A stretch of DNA of 60,466 bases, filler included, from Diploschistes diacapsis (taxonomy: Eukaryota): NCBI GenBank assembly GCA_023645945.1. It is 4 parts of 4 records of this genome, joined end to end, with 100 filler letters (N's around TTAATTAATTAA, not from the genome) between each part and the next. Parts side by side here need not be neighbours in the genome. Positions count along the whole stretch, not along the records: positions 1 to 15,095 come from JALAIB010000574.1; 3 more parts are not named here. One strand, given 5' to 3'. The notes under the pieces were generated by a model, which was not told where the DNA came from, did not search any database, and saw only the letters and a program-made list of their open reading frames with translations. How positions within the stretch are numbered: position 1 is the stretch's first letter; every line of letters starts with the position of its first letter. A program made the translations under genes and the position numbers. This document shows, one piece after another, positions 1 to 12,817 of the stretch.

Positions 1-341
1 CCCTTTAATTTCCCCAACAATCTACTCCGCCCCCCTCTCCCCCAGCCCCTTTATATCCTATTTACCGCTCCCTTAACTAAACTAACGGCAGCAAGTCAAG
101 GGCAACGAGGTTCGGCCACTTGATGAGGGGGGAAAATTGGGCTGCGAGCTAGCTAAGAAGCCAGCTCGCCTCGTGAAGCGTGAGAGGCGTGAACTCGGTT
201 ACCAGCCCCGGCCAGGCCAAAAAGCCAAGCCAGGTCAAGCCTGGTCGTATACACTATACTTCCTGTACAAAACAAAAAGTAAACTACGATCCACCCAATA
301 CCTTACTATCCAATCCAATCAGCCAACTTAAGACAACCACC

Positions 342-3300
342 CTACCACCGTCCCCTGACAAAACAAAACGCCACCCCCCTCCTCACCCTACTCCTCCCTC
401 CCTGCACAATCCACCCCTGCAGATTTCGACATTGGCTGACATCGAACCTCTCCAACTTATGGCACCCCTCCACCACGGCCTCCACGCCCACGCCCGTGAC
501 CCGCACGCAGCCGCGCACCGAAAGGAAGCGCATCTCCAGCAGGTGCAGGCCGATGCTGCGCAGGGAGGAGTCCGAGACGGCGGAGCCGCAGAAGGAGAGG
601 TCGAGGTGGTGCAGGTGCGGGCAGCCGAGGGCGAGGACTTCGGTGGCGGTGTCGGAGAGGGCGCAGCAGAAGGACTGGGTGGTGGGTGGTTGTTAGCGTG
701 TGGCATGAGAGTGATTGGGCGGGAGGGGAGGAGGGTGGTGATGGCGGCGGTGGTCGCGGAAAAGAAATAGAAAAGGGAGAGAAGAGGAGGAAACGGGAAA
801 GGAAATAATGGTGGCGGTGGTGGAAGAAGAGAGGATAGGTTATTGGAAAAGACGTACCAGATCCAAGTACCTTAGCCCCGGCGCCGCATTCGTCAGCGCC
901 ACAATCGCATGGTCCGTCAGGTACGTGCAGTCCGCAAGACAGAGCTTCGTCAGCCGGCTAAACTGGTGCTGGCCCCATGCCTCGAAGCCGTGATCCGTGA
1001 TCGTCGTACAGCGCGTCAGGTCAATTTCTTCGAGCCTCAGGCGCGCGTACGTGCCAATGTGCGCCATGCTCCTGTCCGTCACGTGCTTGCAGTAGCTCAG
1101 CGTCAACTTCTTCAGTTTCTGGCTGCCTATGATGACCGCCTGCGGCGTGGGATTGGGGGGCTGGGGCGGAGGGTTCGGCGGATGCTGCGTGTGTGCGCCT
1201 GGCGGGCGGCCCGGGTAGGGGCGAAAGGCGTGGGCGAAGGAGTGATGGTTCGCGTAGGGCCCGTGGGGAGACGGATGGTGTGTGAGCTGTGGCGGGGGGA
1301 GGGGCACGTTGCCGATGACGTGCATGAGGAGAGCGTCGTTGACTTTGCGGCAGTTGCTGAGGTCCACATCCTCGAGGTCCTTGGCTTGCTTGACCATCTC
1401 GTGGATGGCGACCGCAGACACATCCCAAACGGATTTCATGCGCCACGACATCACTTTGCCGCCGCACATGCTGGCCAGGCTGACGAAGCCATTGTCGGTG
1501 ATGTGGAAGCAGTTGCTCAGGTCGATCACCCGGGGTCGGTGCCCGACGAAGGGGCCGATGGATTCTTTGACGGCGCGGTCGGTGACTTTGCGATTGTAGA
1601 GGGACAGGTCGAGGTGGTGGAGGATTTCGGGAGATTCCTTGAGCAGCTTGGCCCATTTCGAGGAAACGAGTTGCAGGCGCATGAGGTGGTGTAGTTCGAT
1701 GTGGTTGAAGACCAGGAGTAGTATGCTATCAGGTATGGCGCCTTTGGCAAAGCGGCTCAATGCTCGTGACATTGCCCGTGGTCTTTTCGGTTCGACTGTT
1801 GGATCCGGCGGCGTTGCTGTGTGCAGTGAAGACGCCGAGGAAGCCCTCTCGCTGCCATCGTGCGGCGCTTCTGGCGACACGGGCGCAAGGGAGGATCGAC
1901 GCGATCGAGCGCGTACGTTGTCCAGGTCGGGGATCAGGTAAGGATCTGGATCAACTGGCTCACTGACCTGCTGCTCCTTGGCATGTCTTAATTTGGAACC
2001 AAACCCTGGTGTGTGATCGAACACAACCTTTGGAAGTTGCGCCTTTCGAGATTTAGATTTGCGCTCGCCAATGGCCAGTTCATCAATGGGAGGTGTCGAA
2101 TCTGCATCGACCATGACAACATCGTTCTGATTGTTTAGACCCAGGCGTTGCTTTGCCGTGCGCTCCACCTGCTGCCGAATGTTGGAAGGGCATCGATCCC
2201 AGAACTCGGTGAGGACCTCTCCTGTAATGAGCAGACATTCCACTAGCGAGACCGATCTCACGGTCGCAGTCCGCCTTGGAGCCAAGGATAAGCTGACGAC
2301 CTCGCCAAAATAGTTGCCTTGTTTCAGGCGTGCTTTTACTTGCGAGGTCTGCTTGATCGTTTTGCCAGCGGCGTTCGTCAGGGTCTTCCGGTCTTGAGGT
2401 GCAGATTTCTCGTCGATCACCTCGACCTCACCCTTGACGATAAAGTACACTTCCGTCCCTCTAGATCCCTGCTTGATAATGTCGGTGAAAGGGGCAAAAG
2501 TGCGCTGCTGCGCATTGAAGCCCAGAAAGTGCAGAATCTCCGACGGTAGGTTCGCGAAAAGCGGCAACTCTTTGAGCAGCTGCCGAACGTGAATCGACCC
2601 GCTTCCAAGCGCACTCGAAGCAGCTGCTTCAACTAAGCCCGGCGATGGAGATTTGCGCTTCTTATTGTTGTTGGCTGCATTGTATCCTCGGACGCGACCA
2701 ACGTCACCCATGGACAGGTCACCTTCGTCGTCCACAAAGGCTCGCTTTTCACCTCGGGATGCGGTGGAGTCCGATCGACTCAAGTTCGGGCTCTCTTTCT
2801 TTTTGCTCTCGAGGATCGCTAGTCGCTCTTGCGCCTCTTCGCGAATCGCTCGTTCGACGTCCGGATAATTTGGCATTATCTTGGCAAGGTCCTCCTTTTT
2901 GAGCACCACCAACAAGCACTTGGTTCTTGCCACGATGGTTGCTGTTCTGGGTATACCCATCAGAACCCCAATCTCTCCGAAGAAGGCCCCTGGCCGTAAC
3001 TCTGCGTATGTGCTTTCTCCATCTCTTGATGTGACTGCTACTGCGCCTCGAATGAGCCAGTACATCGCCTTCGCCTCGTCGCCTTCCGTCAAAATGTAGT
3101 CATGAGGGCCATGAGTTTGAGGCCGTAGGTGAGCTCCAATTGCTGCCAGGAATGCATCGGGAGCCGATTGGAATAGTGGAAATGACCGAATCCTGTCCAG
3201 CATATCCAGTGGCATGTCTTGGATGGCTGATCGCGTGAGCGGTGAAGGGCGGACCGGACGCGAAGGGTTCGTTGCAGAATTGAAGGTTCGGATGAGCGTG

Positions 3301-3368
3301 ACATTTTCTGGGATAGGTGTGTTGTTGCCCTTAGGATAGGGGCTATGGGAGCCCCGATGGCGACGCAT
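342..3368 (-). CDS. Cyclic nucleotide-binding (2x CNB) F-box leucine-rich-repeat protein; exons 3368-858 and 674-342
   Basis: Two CNB phosphate-binding cassettes (FFGEIGVLMGIPRTAT, YFGEVVSLSLAPRRTAT), an F-box (IPDSILLLVFNHIELHHLMRLQLVSSKW) and cysteine-containing LRRs (LDLSNCFHITD, LTLSYCKHVTD, IDLTRCTTITD). Intron 857-675 (GTACGT...GCTAAC...CAG) joins in frame to further LRRs (SFCCALSDTATEVLALGCPHLHHLDLSFCGSAVSD) ending at TAG 344-342. Confidence 0.9.
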
Positions 3369-4880
3369 CTTGATTCCTGACTGGCTTTGTGTTCATGGAA
3401 AGTATCGCTCTAGCCGCCAGCCCGCGCCGCCAGAATGAGGTTAACGGAAGAGGATATCAAGCATACATCTTGTGCCTAGATTTGCATGGGGATTTGTGCC
3501 AGCGAGGTCATATAAATTTTAGGGTGAAGTGTGCACGAATTCACCTGTTGCTCCCAACTACTTCAGACCTCGAGCAAGTGCACCTTACAATCTTGGGAAC
3601 AAAGAGTCGCAGACTTTCTCTGTGGTTGCAGCTCTATGAGTGTCCTGTTTCAGGAGCTCCGAGATGCAAAGGCGCGTCCACGGTAGTGTCCAAGATTGCC
3701 TGTTGGCGCGCTGCGCCGCTAATCTCTGTATCTATTGAACGGCGGGGTCGGGCGGGGTTATCTTCACTTGATTCAAAGGCGTCCCATCAAGCCAAGTAAG
3801 ATCAGGGCAGGTTCACGATCGCTCGATGTCGAAGAGATGAGGACAAGTTCGGAAGGCTGGCGTGAAGAGGTACCAGACGAGGCTTCGTAGGTGTAGACGG
3901 TTTCGAACGGCTGCAACATCCAGGACTCCCGGCTTCCAGATCTCCAAATAGCGCTATCGCGAATGGGGAAGCAGAACTGCTTCCACGGCTGGCACGTTAA
4001 CGAAGCTATTGAGACTTACAGGAAGGAGGCTCTGCAAGAATGTAAAATCATGACGCATGAAGAGAACATTGGGAAGATTTTAGAGGCCGCTCACTGCTGC
4101 TGGTGCTGCCCGCCGCCCCTCTTCCCCATTTTTCTAAGTTGAAGCTTCGGAAGCCAAGCCTCCAATCAAGCCCAGCCCGAGATGCAGCGTAGCGAATAGC
4201 CCTCATCTAGATCGAGTTGTTAGGCTGTCGCAAATCAGTAGAACTTCAGCCACAACCCTGAATCTGATATGCAGCCAGTGAAAGCGCGTACTACTCCGTA
4301 CAATTGCTGTTTCAACGGTCAGACACCATCACGCCGAAGGATCCACTGGAAAGCGACTCTCCCCGCCGCTGCGGACCCGCACCGACCATCCACATATCCC
4401 TGGCTCGCCTGCCAGCCAGCTGGGATTCTGAACGGCGCCGGGCAGCTGGTACTTGTATGTTGTACGCTGTACGTGGGTACGTTGCACGTAGTCTAGCAGA
4501 ACCTGCAGGGATGTTAGGAACGTTACATCATTGCGTATAACGGGCAGATCGTCAGCGAATTGATGTTCCTTAAGCACCCAATGCAGATAACTTGCAATAT
4601 ATATATATATTCACACTATAGCAATGGTTTGATAGGATAAGGCTGAGTCACATGGGTTTCCCTTTGTAAGATTGACAATGCTTGGCTCCAAAGAGACATA
4701 GGTCTGGAGTTCTCCCAATAATCATTGTCTTAATGGTAAACTCAAAGATTGATGGCTGTGAGACCGTTCTGTACTGGTAGATAAATATATAGAGGCCAAA
4801 AGCCGGCAGGCTTTGCAGTATGTCCGATTATACATAAGGTGTATATACTCAACAGAAAATCATCCATATTTGGCGTACCT

Positions 4881-7819
4881 CTACCCTTCACCAGGCCGAT
4901 CTTGGTGAGGTTCGAGGATCATGTACGGCCACGCTTGGCTCGGTGCCACATTCAAATTTCCAGCATTGAACGCCCCATTTGCTGCCATGCTTTGATAGCT
5001 TCCGTCATCTTCAGGCCGCCCTCCCAGCTGTAGGAGTGCCGTTGCTGGCTGGTAGTCCTGGGGTTCCATCCCAGAAGCGCCAATAATCTTCGTGTACTGA
5101 TACCACGAAAGGTCTTCGCCACCATACACCTGCATATCTGGGTAGGCACTGTTGTTGTTAGTTCCGTCCGCAATATACATCCCGTTGACGCCACCTATGC
5201 TAGGGTGTTGCGCAGAATGGTCTGCGTACGGTGCCTGTTGCGTTGAACCCAATATCTGGTTCCCCATTGTCATTGCTTGGGCATTCGAGTATACGGTAGC
5301 CAGGGAATTTTCAAACGGCACTTGGGCTGCGTTGTTATATCCGTATTGTGCCATCGGCAATTCGCGAGAGCTGCTCGTCGCTTGATTTGGGATGAATTCA
5401 TTGTCGTGGCCATACACCGTAGCTGGACTATCACTAGGAACGCGATTGTAGCCCTCATTATTCGATATGGAGCTCTTTCTTGCAGCCGGTTGCCGTTGCG
5501 TACTGTGTGAAGTCACGCTCTCTTTTCTGGACTGCGACGTTTCTTGCTTTACTAATATTGCTCCAGCCTTTGCGTTGGTTTTCTGTTTCAGATGCTGGTC
5601 CAGCTGGGCCATGCCTTCCTCGATCTGCCGACCAATGGTTTGCTTGAGCCTCAGTCCCGAACCTCGTAATTCCGTTAGTTTTGTGTCGGTCAAAAAAAGT
5701 TGCGACTCACCCAGCAAACAGCCAACATCCCCCATAATACTTAGCCAATCGTCCATGTCGGATCTAATCTGACTCATTCTCTCCCCTGTCAAGTCATCCC
5801 GGAACTGGTAATGGCCGTACAGGGTTGTCTGGATGGCAAGAATATACACTGCACAATTGTACCAAGTCGTGTCCATGGTTTTGAAGTCCTTTAAAACTGT
5901 CACCACACTAAGCAGTCCCTTCGCAGCCTCCATACATTTCTTCAGGTTCGACTCGTTGAAAGAATGTGATTTCGAGAACGACAGTGATGGATGATACAAG
6001 ATCAAACGATACTCCATGCACCATGATCGCAAATACTGAGAGAGTACTTGCATCAAGGGATTGGATGATTCCTCCTTCAGATCCGGATGCCTTGTGTCCC
6101 ACCAGTCCTGAAGCCGTTTCTCCGCCTTCTCGACAAATTGCTTTGGGTCTTGCGGCGACTTTCTGAGCGCATAGAGCGTGCTGTACAGCTCAGAGAAAAT
6201 GGGCTCAATCCTGAACGATTCAGCAGCAGGAAGGAAGTGGCACGGACCGTTCTTCGACTCGTCAAGTCCTGTGGCTGTCAACTGCTCGTCATTGACTGCT
6301 AACGGAAATTCCACGTCGAAGTCCTCCCACCGTAACGGCATGGGTCTGCCAAGCTTGCCATTTGCACTCGCCACTAGCACTAGGCAACTCCAAAATACTC
6401 TCTTGCGCATCTCTAGCTCAAGAAAGCTTTTTTCGGCCACCCAGGCCTGCTCCGAGCTTGCAGATCGATGATAATCAAGTTGGATAAGTCGGTTAAAAGT
6501 AGCAGACATGACAATCCAGCCGACTTCGGGCCTGGGAAATGTCCGAGTATGCGCAGAGATCATTGCTAATGCTTGCATGTCTTCTAGAGTGTTCCCTATC
6601 ATCAGTTGAGGCCAGAATCCAAGGGCGTAATGATAATGTCGATCCGAGAGCCCATGGAAACTGGCATAATCTTTGTTATGGAAGTTTCTAGCAGCGCTCT
6701 GGTAGTACGCGATTGCGAAAGACATATGCATGCAAACCTCCTCACCTACAGAAGGACGAAAAGTTCGGTCATCGTAGACTTTTGTTAGCTTGGATTTGAT
6801 GTCAGTCAAATCAAGTTACTCGACGATGCTAACTCACCAGCTCTGTTAGAGAGGGTTTGTGAAGAACGGGGACAAAAGCTCCTAGTGTATGAAGCTGCTG
6901 TAGAGCATAGTTGAAAGCCTGTTGCCTTGACGGGAGCTTCACGTTCTGTAATTTGGGCTGGAGGCCATGCGCGGTAGCAACAAAGCTTCTATATGACCTG
7001 TCATAAACTGGATTATCAGGGTCTGGTAGCTTTTCGAACTCCTCATCCTTCTCCTCGGTGAAGTTTGCAATGTCCAATTCCCACCCTAGTATGTTTAGTC
7101 GCATCCCAGGCTTTGTCTGCGAGAGGACACAGTTGGTCGCAACGCCAACAAAATTACGCATAGAACCGTTAGCCGGATTGGAGCTGGGCCTGCCTGCCAG
7201 ATGAGAAGTTCCTGGCGCACTATCACGCTGGTTGGCAGTAACACCGTGACCGCTTTCGCTCCGATTAACACCATCTTGGAAAACTTGCCCAGTATCATCT
7301 CGAACACGATTTGGTTGGCGCATCTCACGCTCCCAAGGCTTCGCATCATCCACCGCCTGGACCTTCGCCCAAGCTTCATATCGTTCGGTCTCTTTGTCAG
7401 AGCCCCCGTAACTTGATACATCATGCCCTATGGCGCGCAGTTTCTCCAACAGCTCCTTGATTTCCCTATTCTGTTTTTCAATTCTCCGCTCGAGGTATTC
7501 GAACTGCCCTCGATAATACGCCACACCAGTGACAGGGTCGGTCATGGTACACCAAGTATTTGCCTTCTGACACTGCTGGCAACTTTCGAGGGCGCCATCG
7601 CATGCTAGTTTCCTATGCTAGGGATTATTAGCATTTGGATTAACAGGCATGGAAGGGAGAACTGACCTGACAACGATCGCAGGCTCTCAAAGTCCGCACC
7701 TGTGTAGACTTCTTACGCCTATTCGCTTTACCATCTAGAGCTCCGCTGTCGATTGTAGTTTGGGGATCATCATCCAGTCCCTGCCCCACCGTATCTTCCG
7801 CCTTTCTCTTCTTGGCCAT
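4881..7819 (-). CDS. Zn(II)2Cys6 transcription factor with fungal-specific TF (middle homology) domain, multi-exon
   Basis: Splicing intron 7666-7618 (GTCAGT...GCTAAT...TAG) rebuilds RACDRCQHRKLACDGALESCQQCQKANTWC. Further GTGAGT introns lie near 6837-6790 and 5710-5663. Fungal_trans-like motif ELEMRKRVFWSCLVL...KLGRPMPLR is present. Confidence 0.88.
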
Positions 7820-8490
7820 TGGTAAAATGAGTTCAGCACATCGGAGCAGCAGGATCCACGAATACGAGACGTTCGTCGCAATACCGGGCTGTCGTGTCAC
7901 AAGAATTCTGTTCCACTGCGCCGTTAAATATTGACAAAAGTAGATAGAAAATGGTACCCGGAAGTATATCCAGACGCGATCTGCAGCGGTGTTTGATGCA
8001 TGACGTGGGTCAAGATCATCGGTGAATTTCCGCAGTTGGGAGTGAGAACTTCTTTCCTCTATAGACCCAGCGGACCTATTCTAGCAACGATGAGATCCAT
8101 GACCCTACAAGTTTCCTGGTGACTACAGGGCTGATGAAGTATTACTGCCATATCTCGAAGCTCGATTGAATAGTTATTTGGATGTCCGGGCTGGGGCTTC
8201 TCAGCGGTTCGGTGCCATATCCCTGCTCAACCCACGTGTTGCTGGATGGCTAACCCTGATCCATAAGAGATCCACGTGCGACTTTGGGAAAAGCACTTTT
8301 CGATAGACACTCACTACATTAACCAAGAAATAACGGAAACAAAGAGGATTGGCCGTTCGCGCGATACGATTATTACTAGGCTTTATTGTTCAATACCCTT
8401 TCAACGGCACTCGCCAGTTGTACGAGGCTCAGACGCCACACTCTGCAAGGTTATTTAAGAGTCCTAAAACACTGGGGAATATAGAACCCA

Positions 8491-9170
8491 ATGCTCTCTC
8501 AGGTCGAGTTGGCGCATATTCCACCAGAGCTTTCAGTTTATGTTGGCCTATATACGAATGTTCAGAACTCCTCTTTCCTGCGCAAACAGCTACTTGATGG
8601 AAACACAGATTTTGAATTTGCTTTTATTGACGTCAAATGCGTCAGTCTCAGGACTGCAAGAAAACCCACTAATTCTTACACTGTCAGGTCTTGTCCACAA
8701 CCCACATACTCGCTGCAATCTTTCGGGCCATCAACGATATGTCTAATAACAGGATGAAGTCCAGGAATATTCATTCCGAGATCGTCATTGCCTTCAGTCC
8801 CAATAACAACGTACATCATCTTGGTTTAGATCATAAGTGTATAGTTAACTGATGATAGATCGGCGAGACATACCGTAAATTCGGCATCACAGATGACACG
8901 AAAAGCCTTTTGGTTGTCAAGGTTACAGATTCAGATCCTGGGCCTTTTCATAAGATTGTGGACAACAGCGTGCATGGTCAACATCTGGACTTCAATGATA
9001 GCAACATCGCTGCCTTCTCGGATGACGATACTATTAGAAAGACATATAAAGTGCCACAGGGACTAAAGCGGGCAGCACAGCCTTCCTCGGGCACACAGAC
9101 TGCCTCCGATATGCGTCACGATCTTGAGATTTCAGTCTTGGGCTTGATGGCATTAAGAGGAGCAACATAA
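8491..9170 (+). CDS. CGI121: EKC/KEOPS complex subunit Cgi121 (3 exons)
   Basis: Spliced product: ...[28 protein letters not shown]...[52 protein letters not shown]...[15 protein letters not shown], matching fungal Cgi121 motifs. Introns at about 8641-8687 and 8811-8858. Confidence 0.9.
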
Positions 9171-9325
9171 GACTAATATAGAGCAGCCTGAGCATGTTCG
9201 TCAACCAACGCGAGTAGTATGGGCCATGCTCTTCGGTTGAGGATCATTAAAAATTGAAGTCATCTATGTTTGTTCACATTCTCCAATCGAGTGACTTTTG
9301 AGCCACTATGCACTATTTGTATGTC

Positions 9326-9971
9326 TTAATGCGTTGGGCGATCAAAGATGGTGGGCTTTTTATTTATCCCATCTCCATTTCCTGGTTCATAAATCTTATC
9401 AGCGTCTGGCACTTCACCAGCCTGTGCCTGCTCGACATAGTTTGCGAGCTCCATTTCCTCCACGCTGGTTTGATCTCTGAAGTCCTCAACATGGTCTCGA
9501 AATGTATTTTTTCTTGCCAAACAATCCTTGCGAACTTTGATTTCGATAACGCTTTGGATAGCTTCCTCTTCTGTCAAGAGGCCAGCTCTGAAGCCCTCAC
9601 GAATGTGGATCTCATTCGTCCTGAGTCTTTCAAGAACGTGAGCAGCTCCTCCGTTACGCTCTCCGCGACCCAAGGGCTTTTGGAATTTCCGACACCTACG
9701 CTTGAGTTTTTCCACGTGCCTCTGATTCCGCTTCAGATTACGAAGCTGTCTGCCCATTGCGGCTCGGGCTCTGCGTCCTGCTGCCTCTTTATCGATCTTG
9801 CGTAGTGCTTCTGGAATCATTCCCGTTTTGTTCGCTAAGTACTTCTGATACCGCCGGCGCTTTTTAAGCGTTCCACTACGATTTCTGCCCTGTTTCTTCG
9901 GAGCTTGTATCTCTTCTTCTTCTTCTTCTTCTTCTTCTTCTTCTTCTTCTTCTTCTTCTTCCTCCTCCTCC
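9326..9971 (-). CDS. Putative orphan protein exon (poly-Glu followed by a basic/charged region); 5' end unresolved, possibly a pseudogene
   Basis: Open frame from a CAG acceptor (ACTAAT branch) through (GAA)n into the 164-aa ORF 9820-9326. The likely upstream exon frame has a TGA just before the GTAAAA donor. Confidence 0.35.
9913..9960. repeat. (CTT)16 microsatellite
   Basis: Directly visible perfect trinucleotide run. Confidence 0.95.
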
Positions 9972-12817
9972 TGTTTCCATTAGTTTAGGCCTTTTATAAC
10001 TATGAACAATCTTTTACCTCATCTCATAACTTAACAGACATATCGTCGTCAATTATGCCTTCTTTTTGGCTTTTCTCGGTCGCGCCCGAAGCGTCATTGT
10101 TCTTATTCGCAGTGTCAAAATGATGAAGGGTCCCTTGAAGGCTACTTTTCCTGTACTTACGTCAGTAACGCGGAGTATCGGATACAGGAATGAACAAGTA
10201 CACTGGGCCACCAGGGAGGATTGGCAAGATCGTGTTCGGTGAGCTACCAAAGCCTGTATCAAGCTATCATTGTGAATGTGTGGTCGGTACGGAAGCTCCA
10301 TTCCTTTAACCTGTACCTTTTTAATAATCTATACAGACTTGTTAAAGCCAAGGTGGGAAAGCTTAAGACGACCAAGGAGTTACAAACTCTGTTTGAGTGG
10401 ATGGGAAAAGGTGAAGCGACAGGAATATAAGGTAAATCACTCACGTGTTATAATCGTTTCTACATTCATTAGTGGGAAAGCTGTTCCAACAATACTTTGT
10501 AAGATGTCCTCTTAGCATTAAAGATGTCCAGGATATCTTCAGAAGAATTTCCTATATCCAGATGAGATGCTCAGGAGTGCTTTATGGTATCAATATGTTG
10601 TTAAAGGTTTACCCCATGCAGTTCCTGTCGATAAAGCTGGTTCAAGACTATTATGCGCTTTGCAGGCTGATAATGCCTCTGTCACCAAAGAGCATATGTA
10701 AGCAAGTTATGTATACTCTCACGGAAACTGTTTCTCAAGAAGCCGATACTTAAGAGTCCTAACAGCAACCAGAGGCCCTGACAGTAATTCATCCCATCAG
10801 TCAACTCGTATAGCTTGAGAAGGGCAGACATATAACGGAGCCGATCGTCAGAGCCAATGGCATTGTGAAGCTCTTGGGTAACATGGTGTCATAAGAGAGC
10901 ATAAAGAATGCAACGTTTGAATCTAGACTACTCAGCAAATATAGTCGTGATCATTCACAGTCAAGCTATATTGCAGGTTGCACAGACATTATCGTACCAC
11001 GGATCTACCAAATTTAGACCAAGTCCTCGGCTTCTATTGTAATTACGCTGTGCCGCTGTATGTAGGCTGTCGGAAGGACTATTTTACTCTCAACCGGGTC
11101 CAGATTATGAAGTTGGAATGCTCTGCTTTTCCATAAGTAGCAGTAACGGCTTCTTCGAGTGATTAACGGCTGCGTTATGAATGAGTCCTTTCTGACAATG
11201 TCCATAATTCTCCACCTGAATCCTATCTCCAACGCTCTAAGCTTCTTGACAATAAATAGCTTGAAGCCCTCTAATGCCGTTTGATAAGCTCATGCACCTT
11301 CGAATTCAACTTTGACCCAATCAGGCTCGCGCAAAGTTACGCCAGGAAAGCTTACAAGCGTTATTTGAGAGACTTCATATGTTGTAGCCGTCGCTAATCA
11401 AGTTACTGCTCGAAAGCTTCTCGTATGGTATTGGTCAGATGAGACTATGGTGAAATTTGTCTTTAGCCTCGTTCATCGACCAACTGTTGTCGGGGAAAAT
11501 CATTGTTAAGGGGTTGCATGCAGGCACGACGTCTTTCCAGAATAGTCCGTGATAGAGTTTACTTGTGCTCAGAGCAGAAAGGCGTAGACCAAGAAGAGAC
11601 AGCGCGCAAGTCGATGGGGTAAATCATGCTTATCCCAACGTGATGGATGTTAGCATTATTTAGTACATGGGCCCTCTCTAAGCAACAGTTTCCTTACCTT
11701 CTTCTTCTCCACAGCTTTGTGGTTCAAGCCCCACAGAGTGCAGTCTTTTTTTGGCCTATCTATCTCTTTCTTATCAATCAATTATTGTATCTTTATTTGC
11801 ATGTGAGTATAGAAATCGTTTTATGATTAACAAGGGTCACGGACGAGATTAGAATCTCGAAAACTTTTCTCATGAGAGCTTTCGCTTTAAGCTTTTGGTA
11901 TAGGCAACCCGAGGGATCCTTACTGTGCAGTAGCATATTCTTTGTCAAGGCTTATTATGCACATTCTATCAATTCTAACAGAAACCAGCAACGGATTATT
12001 ACGGCCCGAATAACCGACGCCAAGATTAGCACAACAATACACGCCTCGCTAAGCCAACACACACCTACCTGCCTTCAGCTTTCATTCTTCGCACAAGCCA
12101 AACAAAAATATGTCGCACTTCCTCCTGCCCTGCATGGGAAAGCAGGAGCGGACTATTGGTTGGATTTTTCCATCGTCACAAGTTGAATGCTACTAGCCAA
12201 TGCTACAGCAACCCCGTCATGCCGAAACGACACAGCGTTCTGCAGTGGCGGAGCGGCAGTGTGTGCCACACCGACATGGATTACGAAGGGGATCTGAATG
12301 CATAGCAAAGGCTGTTAACAAGCACATGCCCTTCTTCGGATGCTCCGCACTCCCGCTTCCGACTGGAATATGGGCAAAGCTGCCCTCACACATCATGGTG
12401 TGTGCAATAGCTGCCGCTTGTTTGCTCTTCCCTGATGAGCAGATGAATGTGAGAGTCATGCAGGATCAACAACCATGTCTACCAACTTCAAGCAATATCC
12501 GTCTTAGTTCCTTTCTAATTTCAATAATCTGGAGCACATGATCGACCGACAATATGCGCGCCTTTTTAAATCATTTACTGGTGGAGAACAAGGGCGAATG
12601 CCACTTTGTGCTTCTTTAACATGGCTTGATTCCCTTTGCCATCCTTCTCACCGTGTTCCCGTCTTTTTTTCGTTATTCACTTCCAGAAATATATAATTGA
12701 TGGTTCAGACGTAGCCACTCTTTTTCTGCTTTCAGCTTTTGAACCCGAAGTTTACATTTGTATATCAAGGGGAAAGTAGCTTGACTCATATCTGAAGAGC
12801 TCATACACCTTGCGATT

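Noticed and set aside
180..1694. Long + strand ORFs (196 aa and 261 aa)
   Set aside because: Antisense shadows of the GC3-rich F-box/LRR gene.
10200..12550. Scattered short ORFs that might be another decayed gene
   Set aside because: No consistent frame or recognisable motif found by eye.
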